A stretch of DNA of 64,000 nucleotides from a bacterium (lineage in GTDB: Bacteria > SAR324 > NAC60-12), in NCBI GenBank assembly GCA_965233585.1, contig CBDDTI010000747.1, forward strand, positions 1,009,513 through 1,073,512, in the 5' to 3' direction. Shown one piece after another: positions 28,688 through 39,102 of this stretch. Within the stretch, counting starts at the first letter, position 1; the number at the start of each line of letters is the position of its first letter. The notes under the pieces were generated by a model. That model searched no databases, was not told the origin of the DNA, and worked only from the letters and a program-made list of their open reading frames with translations. The position numbers were made by a program, and so were the translations under genes.

Positions 28688-31600
28688 ATGTTTCAATTTG
28701 CTCATCTACACCTTCACACTGAGTACAGTCTGCTAGAAAGCACGATTCGGATCAAAGAATTAGCATATCGTTTAAAAGAATTAGATTATTCTCATTGTGC
28801 CATCACTGATAGTGGCAACATGTTTGGCGCCATAGAATTTCACCATGAATTACGAAAATTGGATATTGTTCCAATTATAGGTATGTCTGCTTATGTTGTC
28901 TCTGATTTATCAAAAATTGAAGGAGGAACACATCAATATCAAACCTTATTCTTGTGTCAAAACAAAGAGGGATATAAAAATCTAACTTATCTTGCAAGCA
29001 AAGGATACACAGAAGGCAAGATTGATGGAATCCCACACATAGATCATGCTTTGATTGAAAAACATCATTCGGGATTGATTGTGCTCAGTGGAGGCATCAA
29101 TGGAGAGGTGGGGACAAGACTCAATCACAACCAAAAAGATGAAGCGTATCGTATTGCATCTTGGTATAAAGATGTCTTTTCTGGCAGATACTATATTGAA
29201 TTGCAGTCAACAGGATTAGGTGATGAGCAACGAATCAATGAATTATCTATGACTCTTGCTCAACAATTAGACTTACCTTTAGTGGGTGCAAATCATTGTC
29301 TTTATCTTTCGCAGGAAGACGCTGAGGCTCACTACATTTTTCAGTTGTATGGTTTACAAAAGAAGATTACGGACGTTGATGCCCCAAAACAGCCCCCCAA
29401 TCATGCTTATCTCAAATCTCTACTTGAGATGCAAGAAGTGTTTCAAGACAATCATTTGCCCCAAGAAGCCTTGACCAATACAATGGTGATTGCAGAACAA
29501 TGCAATTTAGAACTCTATAACTCTACACATTATTTACCTAAATACGTCCCACCTCCAAATCACACACTGGCATCATGGTTTGAGCATGCGTCCAAAGAAG
29601 GCTTAAACCAAAGGTTAGACACTCTTTATCAGCAATATCAGCCTAGCGAAGACTTTCAAACCTTTCGTCTCCAATATGATGAAAGGTTAGATTTTGAGTT
29701 AAGTGTCATTAATCAAATGAACTATGCAGGATATTTTTTGATTGTTGCCGATTTTATTAACTGGGCTAAAGACCATGATGTTTGCGTAGGACCAGGTCGG
29801 GGGTCTGGTGCTGGTTCAATTATTGCCTATGCTTTGAAAATTACAGATGTTGATCCGTTAAAATATGGGCTTTTGTTTGAACGTTTTCTGAATCCTGAAC
29901 GTGTCAGTTTGCCCGATTTTGATATTGATTTTGATGGAGCAGGCAGAGAACGTGTCATTCAATATGTCAAAGATAAATACGGGCAGGAAAACGTCTGTCA
30001 AATTTCTACTTTCCAATCACTTGGAGCCAAGGCAGTGTTAAGAAGCGTGTGCCGTGTTCTGGGGTTTCCTTATAAAAAAGGAGATGAAATTTCAAAATTA
30101 GTCCCTAATAAACAACCAGCACCTAGTTTGAGCGAGGCTATTCAACAAGAAGTTGAATTAAAAAGGTTACTCAATTCTGGTGAAGAAGAAGAAAAACGTC
30201 TAATGAATCTCGCCTTAAAGTTAGAGGGGTTAAAAACTCATTTGGGAACTCATGCTGCTGGAATTATTATTATGGATTCTCCTGTCAGTGACGTCATGCC
30301 TGTTTGCACAGGAAAAGAAGGTGACATGCAGTCCATGTTTACCATGTCACATGTAGAAGATCAGGGAGGGGTTAAATTTGATTTTTTAGGCTTACAAAAT
30401 TTGATCATCATTAAAGACACCGTGGATCTCATTCAATCTAATCACCACCAAAATCTTGACATAGATGCCATTTCTCTAAATGATACCAAAACTTTTGAAC
30501 TGCTTAGTCGGGGGGAAACAACTGGAATTTTTCAACTGGAATCTCAAGGGAATCAGAAACTTTTGACCTCAATGAAGCCATCATCTTTTGAAGATATAGT
30601 GGCAACTATTGCCCTTTATCGTCCCGGTCCGCTGAAATCTGGTATGGTAGATACATTTGTTGAATGCAAACATGGTAGAAAAAAAATTGTTTACTTACAC
30701 CCCTTACTTGAACCAATTCTATCGGAAACTTATGGTGTTATGGTTTATCAGGAACAGGTGATGCAGTCTGCTCAAAATCTTGCTTTATTTTCTCTTAGTC
30801 AAGCTGATTTATTGCGGAGAGCTATGGGGAAAAAGAAACCTGAAGAACTAGCAAAGCAGAGGGAAAACTTTGTCAATGGCTGCCTAAAAAACACTGAATT
30901 TATCAATCTATGTCAAGAAGAAGATCATCAAAAAATTGCAAATACTATTTTTGAAAATATTGATCATTTTTCAGGTTATGGATTCAATAAATCTCATACT
31001 GTTGCTTATGGGTTAATCGCATACCAAACCGCATATCTCAAAGCTCATTATCCTATACAATTCATTACAACATGGCTAAATTGTTCAATTGGAAATTCTG
31101 ATAAATTACTACATTTTATCCAAGAAGCTCACAACATGGGGGTTCAAATTCTTCCCCCAGATGTTAATTTTAGTTTTCAAAATTTTAGCATCTCTACTAT
31201 TGGCTACCAAATAACAGAAGACACTCTTCAAAAATTGCAAGAATTATTTCAAGACAATCACATCATACTTCAATTACAAGACCTCAAAAATCAAGAATTT
31301 ACAGAATTAGAACATTTTTTGGAGAGTTTGAAAAACTGTTTAGAAGAAGATTTTGAAAAATATAAAGAAGTTCTTTTATCTCTGTCTCAAAAACAGGCTG
31401 TTAGATTCGGTTTACATGGCATCAAAGAATTAAGTAAACATGCTGTGGAGTCCATCATAGAAACAAGAACGAAGCAAGACAATCAAACTTTTAAAGACTT
31501 CATTGATTTTTTTAAATTTACAAATTTATCAAACTTTAGCAAAAAAGCTTTAACGACATTAGTGCAGTGTGGTGGCTTTGATTCTATCAATCCTAACCGA

Positions 31601-32428
31601 GCTTTATTATTAGAAGTGTTAGAACAAGCTTATTTCTTAGGAAGTTCTTATCAAAAAGAAATGATTCCAGACCAAAATTCTTTATTTGATCTTTTGTCTA
31701 ACGATGAATTGAAGAAAGCAGAGGTGAGTTTAGAGTATCCAGATATTAAACCATGGAACTATAAAAAATTACTGGCTATTGAAAAAACAAATTTAGGATT
31801 TTATATTTCAGGGCATCCGTTGAATCATTGTTTGTCAGAAATTAAATCATTCGGGGTCTGTATCAATTCTGTTCAGGATTATATCAACAAAGAGAGTTTT
31901 TACATCATTGGAATGATTAGTCATAAAATGATCAAGATGGATAGAAATATGAATCATTTTGCTATGATCACACTAGAAGATTTAACTGGCAGTATTAATA
32001 TTTCTATACGTGGCAAAGTTTATGATGAGTATCAAGATAATTTAGTAGAAGACGAACCTATCATTATTAAAACAAAATATAACCAATTTGTTTCAAAGTC
32101 TGATGAAAAAGAATCTGAACAAACTATCAATTTTTTTAACATAGAAGAAATCTATCTATTAGATCAATTTAGAGAACAGCATGTTAAATCAATTCATTTA
32201 TCACTTAATTTTAATCAAGATTTACAAGGCAGAAGTTTAGAACAACTTCAATCTTTACCTCAAATACATTCAGGTCAAACTCCCATCACCATTCATCTAT
32301 CAGATTCATTAAACAATCAGGTGTCAATTCAACTTAAAGAAAAAGTGAACTTATCACCACAACTAATTCAAGATTTGCAAGAAAATCTGAAGAATTTTCA
32401 AATTGATTATTCTTATCCAATAAATTAA
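28688..32428 (+). CDS. dnaE: DNA polymerase III alpha subunit
   Basis: HLHLHTEYS PHP start, GPGRGSGAGS, FERFLNPERVSLPDFDIDFD, YGFNKSH, OB fold. Confidence 0.98.
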   Translation: MFQFAHLHLHTEYSLLESTIRIKELAYRLKELDYSHCAITDSGNMFGAIEFHHELRKLDIVPIIGMSAYVVSDLSKIEGGTHQYQTLFLCQNKEGYKNLTYLASKGYTEGKIDGIPHIDHALIEKHHSGLIVLSGGINGEVGTRLNHNQKDEAYRIASWYKDVFSGRYYIELQSTGLGDEQRINELSMTLAQQLDLPLVGANHCLYLSQEDAEAHYIFQLYGLQKKITDVDAPKQPPNHAYLKSLLEMQEVFQDNHLPQEALTNTMVIAEQCNLELYNSTHYLPKYVPPPNHTLASWFEHASKEGLNQRLDTLYQQYQPSEDFQTFRLQYDERLDFELSVINQMNYAGYFLIVADFINWAKDHDVCVGPGRGSGAGSIIAYALKITDVDPLKYGLLFERFLNPERVSLPDFDIDFDGAGRERVIQYVKDKYGQENVCQISTFQSLGAKAVLRSVCRVLGFPYKKGDEISKLVPNKQPAPSLSEAIQQEVELKRLLNSGEEEEKRLMNLALKLEGLKTHLGTHAAGIIIMDSPVSDVMPVCTGKEGDMQSMFTMSHVEDQGGVKFDFLGLQNLIIIKDTVDLIQSNHHQNLDIDAISLNDTKTFELLSRGETTGIFQLESQGNQKLLTSMKPSSFEDIVATIALYRPGPLKSGMVDTFVECKHGRKKIVYLHPLLEPILSETYGVMVYQEQVMQSAQNLALFSLSQADLLRRAMGKKKPEELAKQRENFVNGCLKNTEFINLCQEEDHQKIANTIFENIDHFSGYGFNKSHTVAYGLIAYQTAYLKAHYPIQFITTWLNCSIGNSDKLLHFIQEAHNMGVQILPPDVNFSFQNFSISTIGYQITEDTLQKLQELFQDNHIILQLQDLKNQEFTELEHFLESLKNCLEEDFEKYKEVLLSLSQKQAVRFGLHGIKELSKHAVESIIETRTKQDNQTFKDFIDFFKFTNLSNFSKKALTTLVQCGGFDSINPNRALLLEVLEQAYFLGSSYQKEMIPDQNSLFDLLSNDELKKAEVSLEYPDIKPWNYKKLLAIEKTNLGFYISGHPLNHCLSEIKSFGVCINSVQDYINKESFYIIGMISHKMIKMDRNMNHFAMITLEDLTGSINISIRGKVYDEYQDNLVEDEPIIIKTKYNQFVSKSDEKESEQTINFFNIEEIYLLDQFREQHVKSIHLSLNFNQDLQGRSLEQLQSLPQIHSGQTPITIHLSDSLNNQVSIQLKEKVNLSPQLIQDLQENLKNFQIDYSYPIN

Positions 32429-33021
32429 AGCCTGATAATTTGTACTTGGTCTATGAATCCAAGATTTTCCAAGTTTTTTGATAATTTCTCTGATTCATCT
32501 TTAGTTGTTTTTCCTACCCTCACTCTGTAAAGAGTTCTTTGATCTGTGGAAATATATGTATGTAAATAAGCATCATTAAATCCATGGTTTTTTAAATTAT
32601 TTAATAACTCATTTGCTCTTGATCTACTAGATGAAGTAAAGACTTGGACTGTATAATTGCCTCTTACTCTTTGTGGCATTTTTACAGATTTAGGTTTTTT
32701 GATTTTCGCTTGATTGACCTTTTGAGGTTTTTGATTTTTTTCTTCTTTTTGTAAATCTTTTGTATTTTTTTGTAATTTTTCTAAATGTTCCTGATCAAAG
32801 ACAAATGAATCAGTTTGTTGATTAGAAGTATTATTTAAAAAATTTAATTCTTCAGGCTTAACTGTAATAGATTGCTGATTAATAATTTTTTGAGATTCTG
32901 GTATAGAAGCAAAATCTTTCCCTGATAGAATCCCTAAAATAAAGCTAATGATTAAAGAGGTTATTGATAAAAAGAATACAATGAACAACTGGAATTTTGT
33001 TAAATTAACTTGATAATTCAT
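32425..33021 (-). CDS. SPOR-domain cell-division protein
   Basis: N-terminal TM helix; YTVQV...YRVRVG SPOR motif. Confidence 0.85.
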   Translation of the reverse strand: MNYQVNLTKFQLFIVFFLSITSLIISFILGILSGKDFASIPESQKIINQQSITVKPEELNFLNNTSNQQTDSFVFDQEHLEKLQKNTKDLQKEEKNQKPQKVNQAKIKKPKSVKMPQRVRGNYTVQVFTSSSRSRANELLNNLKNHGFNDAYLHTYISTDQRTLYRVRVGKTTKDESEKLSKNLENLGFIDQVQIIRL

Positions 33022-34163
33022 AATTTATGTTTGTTTTTTAGCCATTTAAAATATGTAGATTGAATTGCATCTCCCATTTCTTTCCTATACCGTTCACGAG
33101 AAAATAGATTCGCTCTATCTGAACAAATTTGAGGGTCAAACTCTTTCCACCTTAATTCCATTGAAGCAACTGCTTGAGATAACGACTCAACTATTGGCAA
33201 GTCAAAAAATATCCCAGTTTCTTGGGTTACAGTTTCCAAAGCTCCTCCCTTAGCATAAGCAATCACAGGAATACCCGATGCCAATGCTTCTAAAGGTGTG
33301 ATTCCAAAATCATCTTCACCCGGAAAAATAAATGCTCTTGCTTTACGATAAAATTGTGCTATTAGTTCATCATTAACATTCCCTAAAAATTCAATATTTT
33401 CACAAGCAATATGACGGCAATAAATTTCTGTTTGTCCTGTCCCTATAATTTTCAAAGGTAAACCCAATTGATTGAAAGTGTGTATTGCCAAATCTACATT
33501 TTTGTTTGGAGCAAATGCACCGACCATCAAGTAATACGTATCTCTATTTAATTCAGATTTTAAAGGTTTAAATTGATCTAAATTGGCAGGAGGGTAAATG
33601 ACAATAGAATCCTTACAATAAATATTTTTAATTTGCTTTTGAATATTTTGACTATTACATAAAATTTGATGAATATTTTGATTAGAATTAAAATCCCAGT
33701 ATTGAAGGTAAGGACGGATTAATTTTGCAACACAGCTTGTCAATGTATTGGAAGAAGTCGTATTAAAATATTGGTCAAACAAATTCCACATGTATCTCAT
33801 AGGTGCATGAATATAGGAGACATGACAAGTTTTTTCAGTAATTTTAACTCCTTTAGCAACACAATGACTAGAACTAATGACTAAATCATATTGCTCCAAA
33901 TCAAATGATTCAATAGCATGAGGAAAAAGTGGTAAATAATATCTATATTTATCAAATGAATATGGAAATTTATTGAGGTATGAAGTATATATTTTATGAT
34001 TTAAGATAGTGCCTGAAATTTTTTCAGAATGACAGAACAATGTATAAATATCTGAACGAGGAAATAGCTCGCAAAGGACTTCTAAACATTTTTCACCTCC
34101 TCTCATTCCAGTTAACCAATCATGCACCAATGCTATTTTTAATCCACTTTTCCAATCAGTCAT
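33018..34163 (-). CDS. GT4 glycosyltransferase
   Basis: ALVHDWLTGMRGGEK, EDDFGITPLEALASG. Confidence 0.92.
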   Translation of the reverse strand: MTDWKSGLKIALVHDWLTGMRGGEKCLEVLCELFPRSDIYTLFCHSEKISGTILNHKIYTSYLNKFPYSFDKYRYYLPLFPHAIESFDLEQYDLVISSSHCVAKGVKITEKTCHVSYIHAPMRYMWNLFDQYFNTTSSNTLTSCVAKLIRPYLQYWDFNSNQNIHQILCNSQNIQKQIKNIYCKDSIVIYPPANLDQFKPLKSELNRDTYYLMVGAFAPNKNVDLAIHTFNQLGLPLKIIGTGQTEIYCRHIACENIEFLGNVNDELIAQFYRKARAFIFPGEDDFGITPLEALASGIPVIAYAKGGALETVTQETGIFFDLPIVESLSQAVASMELRWKEFDPQICSDRANLFSRERYRKEMGDAIQSTYFKWLKNKHKL

Positions 34164-34166
34164 AAA

Positions 34167-35852
34167 CTAATAAGAAGCAACTTGATTGATTGTATTAGAA
34201 GCATATTCTTTAATAGCATTTGCAATAGATCTTGCCATTTTTTCTCTCTGAACAGGTTGCAACATATTATGTCGATCTTGACGATTTTTAAGATTTGCAA
34301 TTTCTATAAGAATAGAAATAGGAATCTTGCTATATCTTAAAACTCCGGGTAAAGATTTTTTTCCATGACGATAATAATAGGAACGTATTGGTGAATTTTT
34401 ATGAATCTTGATATGAGCAGATTTTAAATTTTTGATCATTTTTTTCGCAAAAAACAAACTTTTTTGTGCTTGATAATAATTGTCAATTTTTTGAAATTTG
34501 ATACGAGAAGCAAATTCTTTTCTTTTTGTATAAATTCTTTTTAAAGTGCGAAATTCTGGTACTTTAAGCTCTGCATCAGGATAATAAATTGTTGCACCAC
34601 GAAGAGAAGAGTGCAAAGCATCAGCATGCAAGCTAATAAAAATAATATTGTCCTTAGGAACACCTTTTTTGACTAGCTGGTGATAAAGATAGTTAATTAA
34701 GTAAATACGAAAATTGATGCTAATTTTGCTACTGGTTAAATTATAGTTTGGATTCACTAACAAAAATTCATCGCGATCCTTCGTTGTTTGTAATTTATGA
34801 ACAGGCTGCTTTTGATTCGCATCTTTAACGGTTTGATAAACTTTAAATTGACTTCGTTCTAAAATGTTTTTCAATCGTAAAAGTACGTCATAAGTCAGTT
34901 CATCTTCAAAAATTAAATCACGATTTTTTTTGGATCCCCCAATCGCACCGGGATCATTACCTCCATGTCCTGAATCAAGAATAATATGTAAAGGATAAAG
35001 TGAACTAGGAGCATGATTTTTGTGAGAATCTAAATTGTCTAAATCTAATTCAGATTGAAGATTTTCAGAATTGTTTAAGTATTTATCACTAATCCAAGCA
35101 AGTGGAATCTTTAATTTTGTTCCAACAGGTATGTTGTTTTCATTTTTAATCTTATTGATCAGTAGCAGTTGGTTTGCTAAATGACGAACTTCTTTGTCCC
35201 AAATCCTGCCTGTAAAACGGATAATGACAGCAGAGTAAATAGATTCTCCTTGTAATATCTTATAAGTTGCAAATTTATTTTGATGACTATCCTCAAAAAG
35301 TTTTAATGGTTTTTTCAAAGAAATTTTTTGAACAGGTAATAACTCCTTTCTTATCCAAGACAGAGGAATCCAAACTACATCTCCTTTTCTCAAATAATTT
35401 TTTTTCACCTTATTAAATGATTGAAGTTTCTTGTAACTAATATGTTGTTTTGCAAAGAGACCTGAAAGCAAGCTCCATGTCTCATGGTTAGAAACAACAG
35501 AATGTTTCCAAGAATTTTTAATGATTTGATCATTGGGGAAAAGATATTTTAAAGACAAACTTTGCAATTCTGGCTTCAGCAAAGAAAAAGGAATTTGAAT
35601 GAAATGATTTGGATAAAGTCTTCGGTTTTGATTCAGTTTCTTAATCTCTTGATAAGCAGTTTGCCAATGAGCAGTCAATTTTTGAGCAAGAGAATAAAAC
35701 GAATCCCCAGATTTTATCTTTGTTTTGAGATGAATACCAGTTTGAATGCAAACCGAAAATTCTCTTTGAAAGGACATAAATTTTTTACATGGAAACGCTA
35801 ATGCAATCTGACTTGTTCCTATTGTTAGAAGTGTGAAGATTATTTTTTTCAT
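34167..35852 (-). CDS. N-acetylmuramoyl-L-alanine amidase (Amidase_3) with LysM-like repeats
   Basis: IILDSGHGGNDPGA, FISLHAD, ILIEIANL; KSGDSFYSLA LysM-like segments. Confidence 0.88.
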   Translation of the reverse strand: MKKIIFTLLTIGTSQIALAFPCKKFMSFQREFSVCIQTGIHLKTKIKSGDSFYSLAQKLTAHWQTAYQEIKKLNQNRRLYPNHFIQIPFSLLKPELQSLSLKYLFPNDQIIKNSWKHSVVSNHETWSLLSGLFAKQHISYKKLQSFNKVKKNYLRKGDVVWIPLSWIRKELLPVQKISLKKPLKLFEDSHQNKFATYKILQGESIYSAVIIRFTGRIWDKEVRHLANQLLLINKIKNENNIPVGTKLKIPLAWISDKYLNNSENLQSELDLDNLDSHKNHAPSSLYPLHIILDSGHGGNDPGAIGGSKKNRDLIFEDELTYDVLLRLKNILERSQFKVYQTVKDANQKQPVHKLQTTKDRDEFLLVNPNYNLTSSKISINFRIYLINYLYHQLVKKGVPKDNIIFISLHADALHSSLRGATIYYPDAELKVPEFRTLKRIYTKRKEFASRIKFQKIDNYYQAQKSLFFAKKMIKNLKSAHIKIHKNSPIRSYYYRHGKKSLPGVLRYSKIPISILIEIANLKNRQDRHNMLQPVQREKMARSIANAIKEYASNTINQVASY

Positions 35853-36017
35853 ATTATCGTTTTAGGGTTTTTGTTTTGCTTTTGAGCAATATTTTTTCCT
35901 TTTTAATAAAAATATTTTACATAATATTGACCATTTTTTATAAAAGTTTAAAAACCTTGGTAATTGAGTGCTTGACACGAAATCTCAAAAAAAGGAGTTG
36001 TTGGGAAAAAGACAAAA

Positions 36018-36044
36018 GAGATTGCGGGTCAAGCCCGCAATGAC
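36018..36044. repeat. REP-like palindrome
   Basis: gagATTGCGGGtcaagCCCGCAATgac: 8-bp perfect stem with 5-nt loop. Confidence 0.6.
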
Positions 36045-36106
36045 TGATGACTTTTGACAGCAAGTATGACAAAACTTGCTAGGGGACGAAATACTACTCC
36101 AAAACA

Positions 36107-36499
36107 CTACCTCCCAAACTTGATTAAAAACATGTCCCAACTGCCTGAATTGCTGTGTCCATCAAAATTTCCTCCAGCAGAATCCACACTCACTCCTCTT
36201 CCAGAATCATAACTGCTAGTGCCAAGCAATTTAGACCACTGCTTCACTCCTGAACCATCATACTTGATTAAAAACATGTCCCAACTGCCTGAATTGCTGT
36301 GTCCATCAAAATTTCCTCCAGAGGATCCTGTCACGTAAACATTGCCTGATGAATCCACACTCACTCCAAATGCTCTATCATCACCGCTAGTGCCAAGCAG
36401 TTTTGACCAGCTTGAACCTCCGATTTGCTTCCAAGAGTATTTGGCAGCAATGGCTTGTGTATAGCAACTCCAATCTGATGCAGGCGTGTTGTCAGAGGC
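36107..36499 (-). pseudogene. 3' remnant of an SBBP beta-propeller repeat protein
   Basis: VSVDSSGNVYVTG...DMFLIKYD..G.KQWSKLLG repeats; internal direct repeat (~36119-36177 vs ~36262-36320); no start codon for the upstream in-frame part. Confidence 0.75.
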
Positions 36500-36531
36500 T
36501 TTAGCCCGTTCGCTGGAGTGATTTGTTGTAT
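36497..36531 (-). mobile_element. Probable truncated integron attC site (left half)
   Basis: Minus strand ATACAACAAATCACTCCAGCGAACGGGCTAAAGCC overlapping the upstream gene's stop (YNKSLQRTG*); matching right arm absent. Confidence 0.5.
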
Positions 36532-37856
36532 GTTAAACTAATGATACTGATTTTTCGTTGTCTTAGTACCCAATAAAACATTGCATATGTGAGCAAACTA
36601 TCAATTGCAAGTCCTACGGCAAACATAACGGCAATTAACATCAAAGTAGGTTTGTAAACTCCAAGTGAATACAAAACAAACAATGTCCCATAAAAAAGTG
36701 TGTTGACTACAATTGACTGAAACAACATGTAATTTGTTTTTCCAATACCATAAAAAATACTGTCAATCACATTATTGAATGCAAAAGCAATATAAAAAAT
36801 TAACGATACTAGGATTACTTGATATACACCAGCATAATTTTCTACATTCATTACGTTTTTTACAAATGAACTCCAAAAGGGAATTGTGATTAGCCATACC
36901 AACGTAATTATTCCTGTTATCGTAAAATATCCCAAAGTTTTTTGCTTAATTGCATTGTTGCCAAACTCTCCACAATCCCTTTTAATTAGTTGTCCTAACT
37001 GCATTACTGGCAACAAAAGCCAGCCCCATATAAAGCTATTTGCCACCCAAAAAGTGCCTTGTTCTCCAACAACATTAACCATTTTAAGAATCATTAGCAG
37101 AAAAGCGGTATTCCTAACAAAACTTTCAAGACCAGAGTAGCTCCCTACCTTTACCCACTCCTTCATCCAAGCGTACGAACCTCGTTCTTTTAAAGAAATT
37201 CTGTAGCCTTCCCAATTTAGGAAAACGATGGCAATCAAAAGTAGAATAAGATTCACAATGATGTTTCCAACACCAATGCCATTGACGCCAAGTTGAAGAG
37301 AAAACGATAGTGAAGAGATGAGGAAAGTATCAGAAGAAATAGTTAGTAGCATTTGAATCACTAACAAAGCGTACAAATATCTATCTTTTTTAATTGTAAT
37401 GATGACAAGCGTTAAAAACTGCACAACAGTATAAAAAATTGAGGCAATGCTTTCCAACCAAATATAAGTGATTGTAGCAGGTATAAGCTCCTTTTTTTGA
37501 CTCATAAAAGCTGTTAATGGCTCGGTAAATATAATGATAATTACTGAAAAAAGCGTATAAATTCCAAATGTAACAACTAACCCAGTTTTTATTTTATTTT
37601 TTAGCTCTGATTGATTAGCTAATGACTTTCCCATCAAATAAAAAAGAGGTAACATAATTGCCTCTTGTAGAACTTCGTATACTACATTCAACCATGCTAA
37701 CTGACTCGCAATATTCAATCCCCAATCTATGGGCATATTACCTAAAAAGAAAATTCTTACTGTCTTATAGATGTTTGGGATAAATCCCATTACAAGCAGA
37801 GTTGTGAAAAGTCTAAGATTTATATAATTGAGAGACAGTACTATAAATTTAATCAT
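36501..37856 (-). CDS. MATE-like multidrug/solute exporter
   Basis: About 12 TM helices over 451 aa; GLESFVRN; IDSIFYGIGKT. Confidence 0.7.
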   Translation of the reverse strand: MIKFIVLSLNYINLRLFTTLLVMGFIPNIYKTVRIFFLGNMPIDWGLNIASQLAWLNVVYEVLQEAIMLPLFYLMGKSLANQSELKNKIKTGLVVTFGIYTLFSVIIIIFTEPLTAFMSQKKELIPATITYIWLESIASIFYTVVQFLTLVIITIKKDRYLYALLVIQMLLTISSDTFLISSLSFSLQLGVNGIGVGNIIVNLILLLIAIVFLNWEGYRISLKERGSYAWMKEWVKVGSYSGLESFVRNTAFLLMILKMVNVVGEQGTFWVANSFIWGWLLLPVMQLGQLIKRDCGEFGNNAIKQKTLGYFTITGIITLVWLITIPFWSSFVKNVMNVENYAGVYQVILVSLIFYIAFAFNNVIDSIFYGIGKTNYMLFQSIVVNTLFYGTLFVLYSLGVYKPTLMLIAVMFAVGLAIDSLLTYAMFYWVLRQRKISIISLTYNKSLQRTG

Positions 37857-37863
37857 AGTTGGA

Positions 37864-38807
37864 TCATGGTTTCACTATGTAGTCACGAACTTTTTTCCAT
37901 ATATTTCCATCAAGATTGTCGCCATGGTGTTCGCTAGCTAGTTTTAAGATACGAAATTTTTCTAAAATATCATCTGCAAGAGAACTATCTGGCAATTTAT
38001 TAGTCAATTTGTTTGACTTGACTAATTCAATCAACTTTAACTCACCTACATTTTCTGGTGGATTTAGCCCCGATTTTACAACAAGCTTTTCCAAGACTTC
38101 AATTAAACATTTCTCAGCGTTACGCATTCCAAATTCACAATTATCAGATACAGTTTTCTTTCTTTTCCATCGCACAACTAAAACTGTCCTAAGTCCTTTT
38201 TTACTTTCATGAGATGCATGCAAGAGATGAGGGGAAAACAAAACAATATCTCCTGCTGACATATTCAATGTCTTAACTTCACTCTCATAGTTATCTGCAG
38301 GATCTATGAAATCTTTTGCCAGGAAGTCAACATTAGGTAAATGTGGCAGATAACGAGCAAAAGGAAACACTTTTAATGCACCATTTGATGTATTTACATC
38401 TTCTAGTGCAATCCATGTAGTTAAATCATAACTTTCGGATTTATTTATTGACCAATAATCAGAGTCTCTATGTCCATGAGTTTTCTGGCTAGCACTTGGA
38501 GATTTCTGAATAAGTGCAGATCGAACGATTTCTACTTCATGTTCCAATATTTCACAAACAAGCGGCTTAACTTGAGGGGTTATTCTATCACACAGATATT
38601 CCACAATTTCACATGGCTTACTCCACCGATCAATAACACTCATATACTCAATTTTGGAACATTAATAGACTGTGCCATCTCCTCTATTGCTTTATCAACT
38701 TGATCGCAGCAGTGTTTCTGCATATCCAAACCCAGCACTTTTTTTACCAAGTAGCCATTATTTTGATAAAAATATAGATCTTCTTTGCTCAACATAGTTG
38801 ATTTCAT
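37864..38807 (-). pseudogene. Phytanoyl-CoA dioxygenase (PhyH)-family gene with one frameshift
   Basis: N-terminal FYQNNGYLVKK from ATG 38807, frameshift at ~38652-38655; GHRDSDYW, TTWIALEDV..SNGAL, HLLHAS. Confidence 0.75.
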
Positions 38808-38834
38808 GTCATCTCATTTTTCTTAAATTTCATA

Positions 38835-38870
38835 AAAAGATGCTACTTGAGACCATTATCTCAAGTAGCA
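38835..38870 (-). terminator. Intrinsic terminator-like hairpin
   Basis: Perfect 12-bp stem tgctacttgaga/tctcaagtagca followed on the minus strand by TCTTTTT. Confidence 0.55.
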
Positions 38871-39102
38871 AGGAAAAAGAAGGAGGCCATGCAGTAGCTG
38901 AGTAAAAAGTGAGATGCAAGCATTTTTTGCAAAAAATGGAATGATTGAAAAAATCGTGCTGGAACACTGGAATGGCTGAACGTGCTTTTCCACAGGGACA
39001 GCAAACGAAGTCATAAAAAACTTTTCAGATGATTTGCAATTTAGGCTATACTGATACGCTCAAAAGTTTTTGGGTATCAAATCAAAAAGTATAGAATCAG
39101 CT

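Noticed and set aside
31205..31390. Intein in DnaE
   Set aside because: Too short and lacks the N-terminal Cys/Ser block and C-terminal His-Asn
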